A stretch of DNA of 64,000 nt, from the IMG/VR virus record IMGVR_UViG_3300037781_000042, positions 64,001 to 128,000 of that record; one strand, 5' to 3'. This DNA is from a virus. Its lineage: Duplodnaviria; Caudoviricetes. The notes under the pieces are model-generated. The model was not told where the DNA came from. It worked only from the letters and a program-made list of their open reading frames with translations, and made no database searches. A program made the position numbers and the translations under genes. Shown in pieces: positions 10,001-17,888 of this stretch. The stretch's first letter is position 1. Every line of letters starts with the position of its first letter.

Positions 10001-12758
10001 ATTAAACTTTAGTCCTGCTTTAGGAAAAACCGGATACATGTCTACATTTACAAATTTTGAAAGTTTACCAGAACTTCATCCTCATGAATGGTTTATGATG
10101 GAAGAATTTCCAAGTCACTTATCAGTTTACGAAGGATCAGAAGGAAATTATTTATTTTCAAGAGTTTCTAAGAGTTTACTTTTAGATACTAACTATGACT
10201 ATTTTACAGAATATTTTTCAAATGGTCATTTAGGAGTAGATGAAATAAGTGGAAAAGATTTAAAAATTTCTAGAAAAGATAATTATGGAATTTTTTATAG
10301 ATCTTCTTTAGATGAATATGAAGTTCCTTATAAAGGGGTAAAATATAGATTTAAGTCTGAAACTGATTTAAGTGGATATAAATTTGCAATTGTTCATAGT
10401 ACACGTCCTGATTTAGAATCTAATACACAATCTATAATTGATCATTGTGAGGTACCGGATGTTGGATATGATTGTAAAGATTTAGGAATTTTACCTAAAT
10501 TACAGTATGCAATTGATGATTTAGTATTAGGAGATCAAACTGTAAATATTTCAGTTTCTGTTATAAATTCTGGAACTTCTGTTACTATTCCAGAATTAAC
10601 AAGTACTACAGTAGAAAATTCTGGTTCTTTATTTACTTTAGGACAATTTGGTACTGAATTATTAAATGCTTTAAATAAATGGAAAGCAGCATTTGAAAAT
10701 ATTTATAATACTTCAAATGGATACGGAGGAAACTTAACTATTGCATTTAGTACAAAAACTGAAAATGGAAATTATCCTGTAGGAGAATTTTATATTACAG
10801 ACGATCAGAAAACTACAAGTAAAATAGGAGACATTAGAATTGGAATGGCTAAAATTCCAGATACGGATGTTGCTAAAACTTTATACATTTCTCAATCTGA
10901 TTTTAATTCAAAATTTGATTATGTTACTCCTTCAATAATCATTAATTCAAATGCTATTTTAAGAAAAAATGATGACGTTGCCCCTGAGGCATTTTCATTA
11001 TCTTATATTATGGCACACGAATTGGGACATGCTTTTGGTTTAGGTCACGTAGACAGAGAAGCTTCTTTAATGAAACCTACAATTCAATTTAGTTATGATT
11101 TAGGAAACATAGAAAATGAAGATGATTGTATTATAAGTATTTATGGAGAACCTTTACCTGTAGAAGATAATAGTGTTGATTTCGATTGTTCTTTAAGTAG
11201 ATTTAGAAAGAAAGATTCTTTTGAATTTATAGTAAATGAAACATTTAAAACAATAACACTTAAAATCTGTGTAGACGTTCCTAATTATATCAATTTAGAT
11301 TCTAAAAAATCTTTTGTAGATATGTATGTTTCTAATTCATTAAAAAGAATAGCTTCTTATGACGGTGTTCATACTTTAGAAGGATTAGATTTAAGTATTC
11401 CAATTATAGATCTTTCTATAAAAAATGTTGTTTTAGAAAATGATAATGTTTATGCTTTTGCTAAACAGCATTTAGATTTATTTACAAATGGAGAAAATTC
11501 AGAATATTCTTCTTATAGAATAAGAGATGTTAAAAATAATGAAAATGATTTTACAATAGACTATTTAGCACTTACATATACAAATGTTAATTATACATTA
11601 AAGAAATCTTTTGATAAAACAGGTTCTGTAAATAAAGCATTATTGACTAGAATTAAAGATGGATACGATAGTTCTTTAAATATGAAAATACCTTTATTGA
11701 CTAAAGAGTATTTTGAAGATTCTTATTTTTATAGAATATTAGGAGGAGATTCTATATCTAAAGCAAACTATAAATTAACTTTAGATTATTTAAGTGCAAT
11801 AAGTGAAGAAATTCCAATTGAAGGTTCTGATATAACTTTTGATTTTGATATTCTTCCACTTAAAAACGTAAGACTTGAAAATATTAAAATACCAGTATTA
11901 AAGAATAAAGAAGATGGACCGCATTTTAAATTAGAAGAAGCACAAGTAAATACTTCATTACTTAGAGCAGAAGGTGAATACGATCCGATGACAGATAAAT
12001 TAACTTATTTTTCTTTAAGAGAAGATTATAATTTATCTACATTATTTCAAATAGATTTTTATAAATTGAATACTAAGTTTTTATGGAACCATTTAAACTT
12101 TGCTAAGCATGAAGAGTTAATTAAAAAGATGGGACCTTCTGATCAATTGAAACAAAATATAAAAGAAAATGAATTTTCAATGTATCAAAAAACTCAGAAG
12201 TTTGCAAATAACTTAAAAACTTTATATTCTTCTGTTTTAGATCAAGATTCATATTCTTATTATTCAAATACAAATGAACAAAAGCTTTCGGGATTCTTTG
12301 ATCCATTATTAAATAGAAACTATTTTAATTCTCAACTTATTAATAGTTCTACAGAAATTGATTTAAATATTCTAAGTAAACACGTAACGTTTAATCAAGT
12401 TAAAGAACAATTAACAGTAAACGTAAACGTTAAAGAAGCGTTAAGAGATGAATTACTTTCTTTAATACTTCCTTATTATGAAAGGATATATCCTCTTTCA
12501 ATAGAAGCAAAAATAGAAGATAGTTTAAAAAGATTAATTTTTAATGACTTAGAGAATCTTTATTCAGTCGATAGTATTAACATATTAAGTAAAGATTCTA
12601 TAGAAACTACTTATGTTAATATTTTTGAAAATGATATGATAAGAGATTCTAATTTTAACGTTGAAGATACAAGTAAGGAAATTATTGAATTAAAAAGACC
12701 TTTAGAAAAAGGAAGAAAACTTAAATTTAATATTAAAATTAGTTTTAAGTATATTTAA
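7005..12758 (+). CDS. Large putative virion/baseplate-associated protein with internal metzincin (zinc metalloprotease) domain
   Basis: 1917 aa; first gene of block with fibre and baseplate genes; HELGHAFGLGH at 11016-11048 followed by Met-turn SLMKP. Confidence 0.6.
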   Translation: MQKNLYFTSPNQPHFIEINNNFSEKKEYRIYFEGETLNLFLLEGVSITNYDTFDNGYVLTVDEGESRYLEIYPKCGDVSIDAYVDCIIESADQDFTDINRLNLALRKERFGKNVPLYSTFEKKFKEFEKEEYETYALQNINPLLSGNVKLRIDSKNKLYFTLFDEVTESNNDKLYSRVVKNGSDYLNELTKFFKDLERKTDSFYENIVVENYNSRDGASLKSQIRDDIYSAGAYNIPSETHKEKFAIFAPLYLENKIPSKFVIFKREKVNDLKNSELFKDLTIVKSFDLSKNSELGKFIDRTKETINFEKPHVKSVINDNSVLLEITGMDPEASSIATVYEDITDYAFKESTILDFESYVTDTYKRRKLVSHRILNLEFLFDDDLEENEMYSYFGMYVDDLDISKYELDLNHYGKDVYNKCTLGIGSSVDSLKVSTQIPDISKYINTNDRIFYLKDASNNFHNLKSTSEYEFKLKNSTSICDFAKNVDEQVVIKDSDIIKDAKPYVNVSFDDNIYSNTQLVITQNTNKYEIDFIEDVVTVDYYEHSQIENIFPITLIDDNTIQIEEYVYIPDSEIVTLIDPSSEISVESSYSINSGSYTQIVFSDAIDLSSITHIKIIEKPKLKAEVTLGVNLEETLAKLVEKVSLLDNFPFEIVQEANEIFICSTNSLKFNVTLDTTNSSTDLSKIKRFSNDLTLTASTVGGVTVTSNVSSFNSVNLTNDYLYPIDSYYSEYFNEGDYLYDIGSVHSESLPIDETSYTIRYMNGLEVIKLPKEKTIKKIYKPSSLCLGLFSFYDVRRFDTQMVTNDFNFIKAEYQKLYKKFAPSEKLVPRMIYKLKNVGSIPITVSVRYGIEDSWKHTEVTRLTVGANSTRQFSTFLSDYSLTEYNEDIEFRYFLVDDNELSGNIYAYNLNLFEDPDLLNFDPEFPNTSYDSKKKQNEIDIQKQNENPDFVYYQDARSEYFRLEEYSNVDSTIEDIISNRNVKWTDYKFKDSKAQPHRLNFSPALGKTGYMSTFTNFESLPELHPHEWFMMEEFPSHLSVYEGSEGNYLFSRVSKSLLLDTNYDYFTEYFSNGHLGVDEISGKDLKISRKDNYGIFYRSSLDEYEVPYKGVKYRFKSETDLSGYKFAIVHSTRPDLESNTQSIIDHCEVPDVGYDCKDLGILPKLQYAIDDLVLGDQTVNISVSVINSGTSVTIPELTSTTVENSGSLFTLGQFGTELLNALNKWKAAFENIYNTSNGYGGNLTIAFSTKTENGNYPVGEFYITDDQKTTSKIGDIRIGMAKIPDTDVAKTLYISQSDFNSKFDYVTPSIIINSNAILRKNDDVAPEAFSLSYIMAHELGHAFGLGHVDREASLMKPTIQFSYDLGNIENEDDCIISIYGEPLPVEDNSVDFDCSLSRFRKKDSFEFIVNETFKTITLKICVDVPNYINLDSKKSFVDMYVSNSLKRIASYDGVHTLEGLDLSIPIIDLSIKNVVLENDNVYAFAKQHLDLFTNGENSEYSSYRIRDVKNNENDFTIDYLALTYTNVNYTLKKSFDKTGSVNKALLTRIKDGYDSSLNMKIPLLTKEYFEDSYFYRILGGDSISKANYKLTLDYLSAISEEIPIEGSDITFDFDILPLKNVRLENIKIPVLKNKEDGPHFKLEEAQVNTSLLRAEGEYDPMTDKLTYFSLREDYNLSTLFQIDFYKLNTKFLWNHLNFAKHEELIKKMGPSDQLKQNIKENEFSMYQKTQKFANNLKTLYSSVLDQDSYSYYSNTNEQKLSGFFDPLLNRNYFNSQLINSSTEIDLNILSKHVTFNQVKEQLTVNVNVKEALRDELLSLILPYYERIYPLSIEAKIEDSLKRLIFNDLENLYSVDSINILSKDSIETTYVNIFENDMIRDSNFNVEDTSKEIIELKRPLEKGRKLKFNIKISFKYI
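12511..12758 (+). repeat. Direct repeat copy A (3' end of 1917-aa gene)
   Basis: 248 bp homologous to 14158-14402; two near-identical blocks around a diverged ~45-bp core. Confidence 0.95.
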
Positions 12759-12900
12759 TAAATTTACACTTTCATTAATAGATACTCCGTTTTCAGAAAC
12801 AAGGGTATTTTCAAAAAGTTGTTCTAATTTAATTTGTAATTTTGTCATCTTTTTAATCGTTTTTTATAAACTATATATTTCTGCAAAATATATATAGAGT

Positions 12901-14124
12901 ATGAAGCAGAATAAAGCATATAAATTAAGGATATATCCAAACAAAGAACAAAAAGTTTTACTTGATAAGACTTTTGGTTGCGTGAGGTTTGTTTACAATA
13001 ATGCTTTAGCCTATAAAGAAGAACTTTATGCACATTCTAAACAAAGGTACACTAAGTATGATTCAATAAATGATTTAACTAAAATCAAGAAAATTGAAGA
13101 ATACTCTTGGTTAAAGGAAGTTGATTCAGTTGCTCTTCAGCAGTCACTTATAGATATGGATAGAGCATACCAGAATTTCTTTAAAAATAAAAGAGGATTT
13201 CCAAAATTTAAATCTAAACATGGAAAAAATATTTATAGAACCAATAATATTAGAGGAGCAATTCATACTAAAGGTTCTAAGATAAAGTTACCTAAATTAG
13301 GTTACATTAAATTCAGGGACCCTAGAACCATTGAGGGAAAGATTAAATATGTAACGGTATCTAGGACTCCAACTGGAAAGTATTTTGCTTCAGTTTTGGT
13401 TGAATATGATTTTACGTCTCAGCCAAAAAATAAAATAAACATCTCAAATATTTTTGCTGCCGACATGTCTTGTAAAGACATGATGGTGAGTGAAGAAATG
13501 GAATTTGAAAACCAAAAATTCTATAGAAAAGTACAAAATAAACTAAAAAGGAAACAAAGAAATCTAGCAAGGAAAAAGAAAGGTTCAAACAACAGAAACA
13601 AAGCAAAATTGAAGATTGCAAGATTACATGAAAAGATAAAGAATCAGAGGAAAGAATATCAAAGAAACCTTGCTAACATGTTAGTTTCTAAATTTGATGT
13701 CTTTGTATTTGAAGATTTAAACGTTGAAGGAATAAAGAAATTTAATTCCGGTATTTCTAAAACAATTGCTTCTGATTTTAGTTGGTCAAAATTCCTTTCT
13801 TTTCTTGAATGGAAATGTTTTAAAGAAAACAAGCATTTTATAAAAATAGATAGATTTTTCCCTTCAAGCAAGTTATGTAACGAATGCGGAACTATTAAAG
13901 AAGATTTGTCTTTAAAGGATAGAACGTATACATGTGATTGCGGACACACAATTAATAGAGACATTAATGCTGCTCGTAATATAAAGCGAGAAGGCGTTGG
14001 TGAACTAGTAAAACAAGGAATAAACCTTGTATATAAAAATTCTACTGTCGGCTGGACAGAAAGTTACGCTTGTGGAGATATGACTGAGGTTACAAGGTCA
14101 GCCCAAGAAGTTTCTTATAGTTAA
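12901..14124 (+). CDS. tnpB: RNA-guided endonuclease TnpB (IS200/IS605 family, no TnpA nearby)
   Basis: N-terminal KAYKLRIYPNKEQ...FGCVRFVYN; RuvC acidic residues in FAADMS, VFEDLNV and RDINAARNI; zinc finger CNECG...CDCG. Confidence 0.95.
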   Translation: MKQNKAYKLRIYPNKEQKVLLDKTFGCVRFVYNNALAYKEELYAHSKQRYTKYDSINDLTKIKKIEEYSWLKEVDSVALQQSLIDMDRAYQNFFKNKRGFPKFKSKHGKNIYRTNNIRGAIHTKGSKIKLPKLGYIKFRDPRTIEGKIKYVTVSRTPTGKYFASVLVEYDFTSQPKNKINISNIFAADMSCKDMMVSEEMEFENQKFYRKVQNKLKRKQRNLARKKKGSNNRNKAKLKIARLHEKIKNQRKEYQRNLANMLVSKFDVFVFEDLNVEGIKKFNSGISKTIASDFSWSKFLSFLEWKCFKENKHFIKIDRFFPSSKLCNECGTIKEDLSLKDRTYTCDCGHTINRDINAARNIKREGVGELVKQGINLVYKNSTVGWTESYACGDMTEVTRSAQEVSYS

Positions 14125-14144
14125 AATAAGAAATACAGTATAAC
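14041..14144 (+). ncRNA. TnpB omegaRNA/reRNA scaffold 3' part and IS right end
   Basis: ACTGTCGG..ACAGAAAGTTACGCTTGTGGAGA..TGAC..GTCA..CAAGAAG, hairpin TTTCTTAT-AGTTAAA-ATAAGAAA, ending AGTATAAC; typical tnpB 3' overlap architecture. Confidence 0.7.
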
Positions 14145-14402
14145 TTAGATGATGTGGAAATAGAAGATAGTTTAAAAAGATTAATTTTCAATGACTTAGA
14201 GAAGCTTTATTCAATTGATAGCATTAACATATTAAGTAAAGATTCTACATCAACAGAGTACACTGAAAGTGATTTAGACTTAATTATAGACTCTAATTTT
14301 AACGTTGAAGATACAAGCAAAGAAATTATTGAATTAAAAAGACCTTTAGAAAAAGGAAGAAAACTTAAATTTAATATTAAAATTAGTTTTAAGTACATTT
14401 AA
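14145..14402 (+). pseudogene. Displaced 3' fragment (copy B) of the 1917-aa gene
   Basis: In-frame LDDVEIEDSLKRLIFNDLEKLYSID...KFNIKISFKYI*, allelic to the C-terminus of 7005..12758. Confidence 0.85.
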
Positions 14403-14418
14403 AAAATAAGAAATAAAA

Positions 14419-17400
14419 ATGGCATTAAATTTAAACGAAATAAAAGTAACCGAATCTACTCAAGTATTGGTAGATAAGTTAAATGAAAATTTTCAATTAA
14501 TAGCAAATTCTAATGGAGGACCTGAAGGAAAATCAGGAAATCCTGGAGGTGCTGGATTACCAGGTCCTAGAGGCCCTGTAGGTTTAACAGGTCCGACGGG
14601 TCAAAGAGGATCTAAATGGTGGAACATAGCAAATACTGCTTTACTTCCAAATGCAGCAATTGTAGGAGACTATGCTGTAATATCTACTAACGGAGATTTT
14701 TATGAGCTTAAAAATGATGGGTGGATAAAGCAAGGAACTTTTAATTTTTCTCAAGGATTAACATTTGATTTAGAAGACATAAGTTATACTTCAGCAGATG
14801 GAGAAGCAGAAACAAGTTTAAAAACTTTAATTAATGCTAAGACAAATAATACTTTATTACTTACAAATATAGATAAACCTGATTCTTCATTAGGACTTCA
14901 AATTCCTACACACGATAGTCCAGGAGATTCGTATCCTTTTATTCAAGGAAGTGATTCTCTTTATAAAGATTTATATGACTATAAATTAAAAATTTACAAC
15001 TCAGGTAATTCAGAAGATGATACTACCCAAATGTATGGTCGTCATATTCATTTAGGAAATTCTTTTGCAATGACTCAAAAATCTGGATGGTTAACAAATT
15101 CAGGATTTACTATAGGAGTTGATTTACATATAGATGACATAAATGATACAGGAGAAGGAAGAGAAATTTTATCTATTGAAGGTAGAACATCAGGAAATCC
15201 AGAGCATTTACATAGACTTCAAATTGAAAATGCTGATTTTTGGGTAAATACTTTTAGAATAGGAAAGAACGGAACTACTTCTGTAGGTTTTGCAGATGAT
15301 TATACACCAACACAAAAATTAGAAATAAACGGTGGAATTAGAATAGGAGATACTTCTATTGAAACAGACGGTTCTATTCGATTTAAAGATGGAGAATTTC
15401 AAGGTTTTGATGGAACAGAATGGGTAGATCTTTCAATTACTGCACAAGAAGTAGTTGATTTAATTAAAACAAATCAAGCATCATTTAATGATAAAGTAAT
15501 AGATACTTCAGGAGATGGAGGAGTTATATTTGGCGACATGTCTTCTGTTGGAACATTAAAAGCAGGAGCTGTTAGATATAATTCAGGCACAGGAGATTTT
15601 GAAGGTTACAATGGAACTTCTTGGGTTGTTTTAAATAATAAAGTAAGTTTAGGAAGTACTGGTGGTCCAGGAGAACCTGGTGGTCCAGGCGGAACAGGAA
15701 ATTTTGTAGACGAAAACGGAGATCCAATAAATTCTAAGATTGCTGTAAATACTAATGATCCTTTAAATGCAGGAAATCCTATTTATGAAGGATTAGTATT
15801 AACATCAGAAGACGGATCAGTTACTTTAAATCAAAGTGTATTAGAATCTAAATATTCAGTAGTTGATTTATCATCTAATGGAATATTTGGTGCAGTAGAT
15901 TCAGAAGGAAATCCTATTTCAGTAAAAGGATTTGATATTAATTCAGATGACATTCAAGTAGATAAAAACATTTCTGATGGAAAAATAAACTATCAACTTA
16001 AATTATCTGATTCATCTAAATTTAAAGATGCTGTAAATGGTGCATTTGATCTTAGATCTTCTGATGGAACTGTTATTGCAAATCCACCTTCAGATGAAAA
16101 AACATATTGGGATTTAAAAGTTTCCCCTGGAGCAGGCTTACAAGAAACTCAACCTGCAGCAGCTAGATATACTGGTGATACTGCTACTCCCGATTTAGAA
16201 TATTCAGCTGCTTATGGTGGACATTATTCTTATCTTTCATTTGAAACAAAAGATTTTGATGCAAATTGTAATATTACTTCTAAAGATCCTTTAACTATAG
16301 AAGTAGAAAAAGGACAAAATGGATATTATAGCGTTTCAGCGAGAGTAAGATTTACTATTGATACTTATCCTGGCGGAACTTTGGCATCGGTAAAACTTTG
16401 TGTATTTAAAGATAATGAAGTTATCTCTGTTTTAAATTCTGTAACGACTGGAGATTCTTATGACATTACACATAATAATTCTAAAGAATACGAATTACAA
16501 GGAACCGATTTAGTTGATTTTGCTTGTGATACGCAAGATTGTTCAAACAGTTTTAAAATTGGTGTTGTAGTTGATTTTGGAACTTCTTCTGGGACAGGAA
16601 GCCTTTCAATGGGAGATTCTTCGGTAGCTATTCATAGAATAACATCAGTTACTCAAGATTCTGTAGATGCTTATTTGTTATCATCTAATACAGCATTTAC
16701 TGAAGTTACTTTACATGACGTTTCAAATGTAGAAACAGCAAATCTAGTATCTGTTGTAAATGATGGACATTTAAAACTTGCGTTACCTCAATACATTACG
16801 TATGAAATTTTAGATGATACTTATTTAAAGATAGATGCAAATATAACAGCTTTACAAGCAGCACTAGATCCTAATTCTACAATTTTAACAAATTCTTATT
16901 CTACTATTAGAGTAGATACTTCATTTACTCATAATTCTGATAATGATAGTGAATTAGAATTTATTTCTGGAGATAATGTTAGTTTAAGTTTAACTGATAA
17001 TCAATTAACTATAAACTCTACGGCTCCTAAACCTACAGTACAAAGCGATGGAGCAAATGTTGCTTCTACTTACGACAATATAGATTTTAGTTCAGAATTT
17101 TCAGTTACTGAAGCAGGTGGTAAAGTTTCTGTTTCAATGAATACGAGTAATTCTGGAGGAAAACATAATGTTATTCATTTAAGTACAAATTATTATGGAT
17201 ATTTAAGTACTATTCAATCAGGAACAAATGAAGATATTCAAGCAGGTATTTTAAACTATAATACGTTTTCAAATGCTGCGGCTGCTGGAATTAGATATAG
17301 ATCAGTAGGAGAAGAAATTTTAGATTCTGATTTAGGCGCAATTTCTCATGGAGATTTAACTGGTGGTATTGTATTAGTACCAGAAGAAACTGCTAAATAT

Positions 17401-17865
17401 TCAATATCTACAAACGTTGGAATTGATTTTGTAATGTTTAATGAAGCATTTAGTCCGGTTGTAAATTATACAACAAATGATTTAGGTCACGCTGGAATTG
17501 GTTTATTTAAATTAAGTGGAGGCGGATCATATACAATCAAAACTGGTTTAGGAACTGCATCTGCTTCATTAGTAAAAATGTTAGGATCTGCAAGTACTCC
17601 TATAGATATAATGAGAACTTGGAATAAAAACGGTTCTCCTGATAGAGTAAGTCTTGCAACATGTACTAGAATAGGAGGAACAACTATTTTAGAATTAACA
17701 GAAGATGAAAAATACGTCTTTGGTGTTGTTACTGGACCTGCTCGAACTTATATAGATGTTTATCGTAGAAAATCAAACGAGTTAACCGTTCAGTCTTTAG
17801 GACAAATGGACGATTTTAAAGCTCTATTATATGATGCTGATATTTCAGTTGAAAAAATTCTATAA
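14419..17865 (+). CDS. Tail-fibre/receptor-binding-like structural protein with collagen-like repeats
   Basis: N-terminal LVDKLNENFQLI; Gly-X-Y run GPEGKSGNPGGAGLPGPRGPVGLTGPTGQRG; internal repeat G.IRF..G.FQG(F/Y)DGT.WV.L twice; beta-rich C-terminus. Confidence 0.7.
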   Translation: MALNLNEIKVTESTQVLVDKLNENFQLIANSNGGPEGKSGNPGGAGLPGPRGPVGLTGPTGQRGSKWWNIANTALLPNAAIVGDYAVISTNGDFYELKNDGWIKQGTFNFSQGLTFDLEDISYTSADGEAETSLKTLINAKTNNTLLLTNIDKPDSSLGLQIPTHDSPGDSYPFIQGSDSLYKDLYDYKLKIYNSGNSEDDTTQMYGRHIHLGNSFAMTQKSGWLTNSGFTIGVDLHIDDINDTGEGREILSIEGRTSGNPEHLHRLQIENADFWVNTFRIGKNGTTSVGFADDYTPTQKLEINGGIRIGDTSIETDGSIRFKDGEFQGFDGTEWVDLSITAQEVVDLIKTNQASFNDKVIDTSGDGGVIFGDMSSVGTLKAGAVRYNSGTGDFEGYNGTSWVVLNNKVSLGSTGGPGEPGGPGGTGNFVDENGDPINSKIAVNTNDPLNAGNPIYEGLVLTSEDGSVTLNQSVLESKYSVVDLSSNGIFGAVDSEGNPISVKGFDINSDDIQVDKNISDGKINYQLKLSDSSKFKDAVNGAFDLRSSDGTVIANPPSDEKTYWDLKVSPGAGLQETQPAAARYTGDTATPDLEYSAAYGGHYSYLSFETKDFDANCNITSKDPLTIEVEKGQNGYYSVSARVRFTIDTYPGGTLASVKLCVFKDNEVISVLNSVTTGDSYDITHNNSKEYELQGTDLVDFACDTQDCSNSFKIGVVVDFGTSSGTGSLSMGDSSVAIHRITSVTQDSVDAYLLSSNTAFTEVTLHDVSNVETANLVSVVNDGHLKLALPQYITYEILDDTYLKIDANITALQAALDPNSTILTNSYSTIRVDTSFTHNSDNDSELEFISGDNVSLSLTDNQLTINSTAPKPTVQSDGANVASTYDNIDFSSEFSVTEAGGKVSVSMNTSNSGGKHNVIHLSTNYYGYLSTIQSGTNEDIQAGILNYNTFSNAAAAGIRYRSVGEEILDSDLGAISHGDLTGGIVLVPEETAKYSISTNVGIDFVMFNEAFSPVVNYTTNDLGHAGIGLFKLSGGGSYTIKTGLGTASASLVKMLGSASTPIDIMRTWNKNGSPDRVSLATCTRIGGTTILELTEDEKYVFGVVTGPARTYIDVYRRKSNELTVQSLGQMDDFKALLYDADISVEKIL

Positions 17866-17888
17866 GTAGAATATTAAAAAGAAAATAA

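Larger units (their letters stand above)
12759..14144 (+). mobile_element. TnpB-only IS200/IS605-derived cassette (left boundary probably extends into repeat copy A or further)
   Basis: tnpB plus right-end hairpin; lies between duplicated gene ends. Confidence 0.7.

Noticed and set aside
12759-12900. IStron (group I intron plus TnpB)
   Set aside because: Only ~140 AT-rich nt precede tnpB, too short for a group I core, and the host gene already ends with its own stop.
12901-14124. Cas12f/type V CRISPR effector
   Set aside because: No CRISPR array or cas genes are adjacent; the 3' end has a standard TnpB omegaRNA/right-end layout.
12511-14402. Duplicated gene 3' end as a diversity-generating retroelement TR/VR pair
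   Set aside because: Differences are mostly T/C or synonymous rather than adenine-specific, include an indel, and no reverse transcriptase is in the window.
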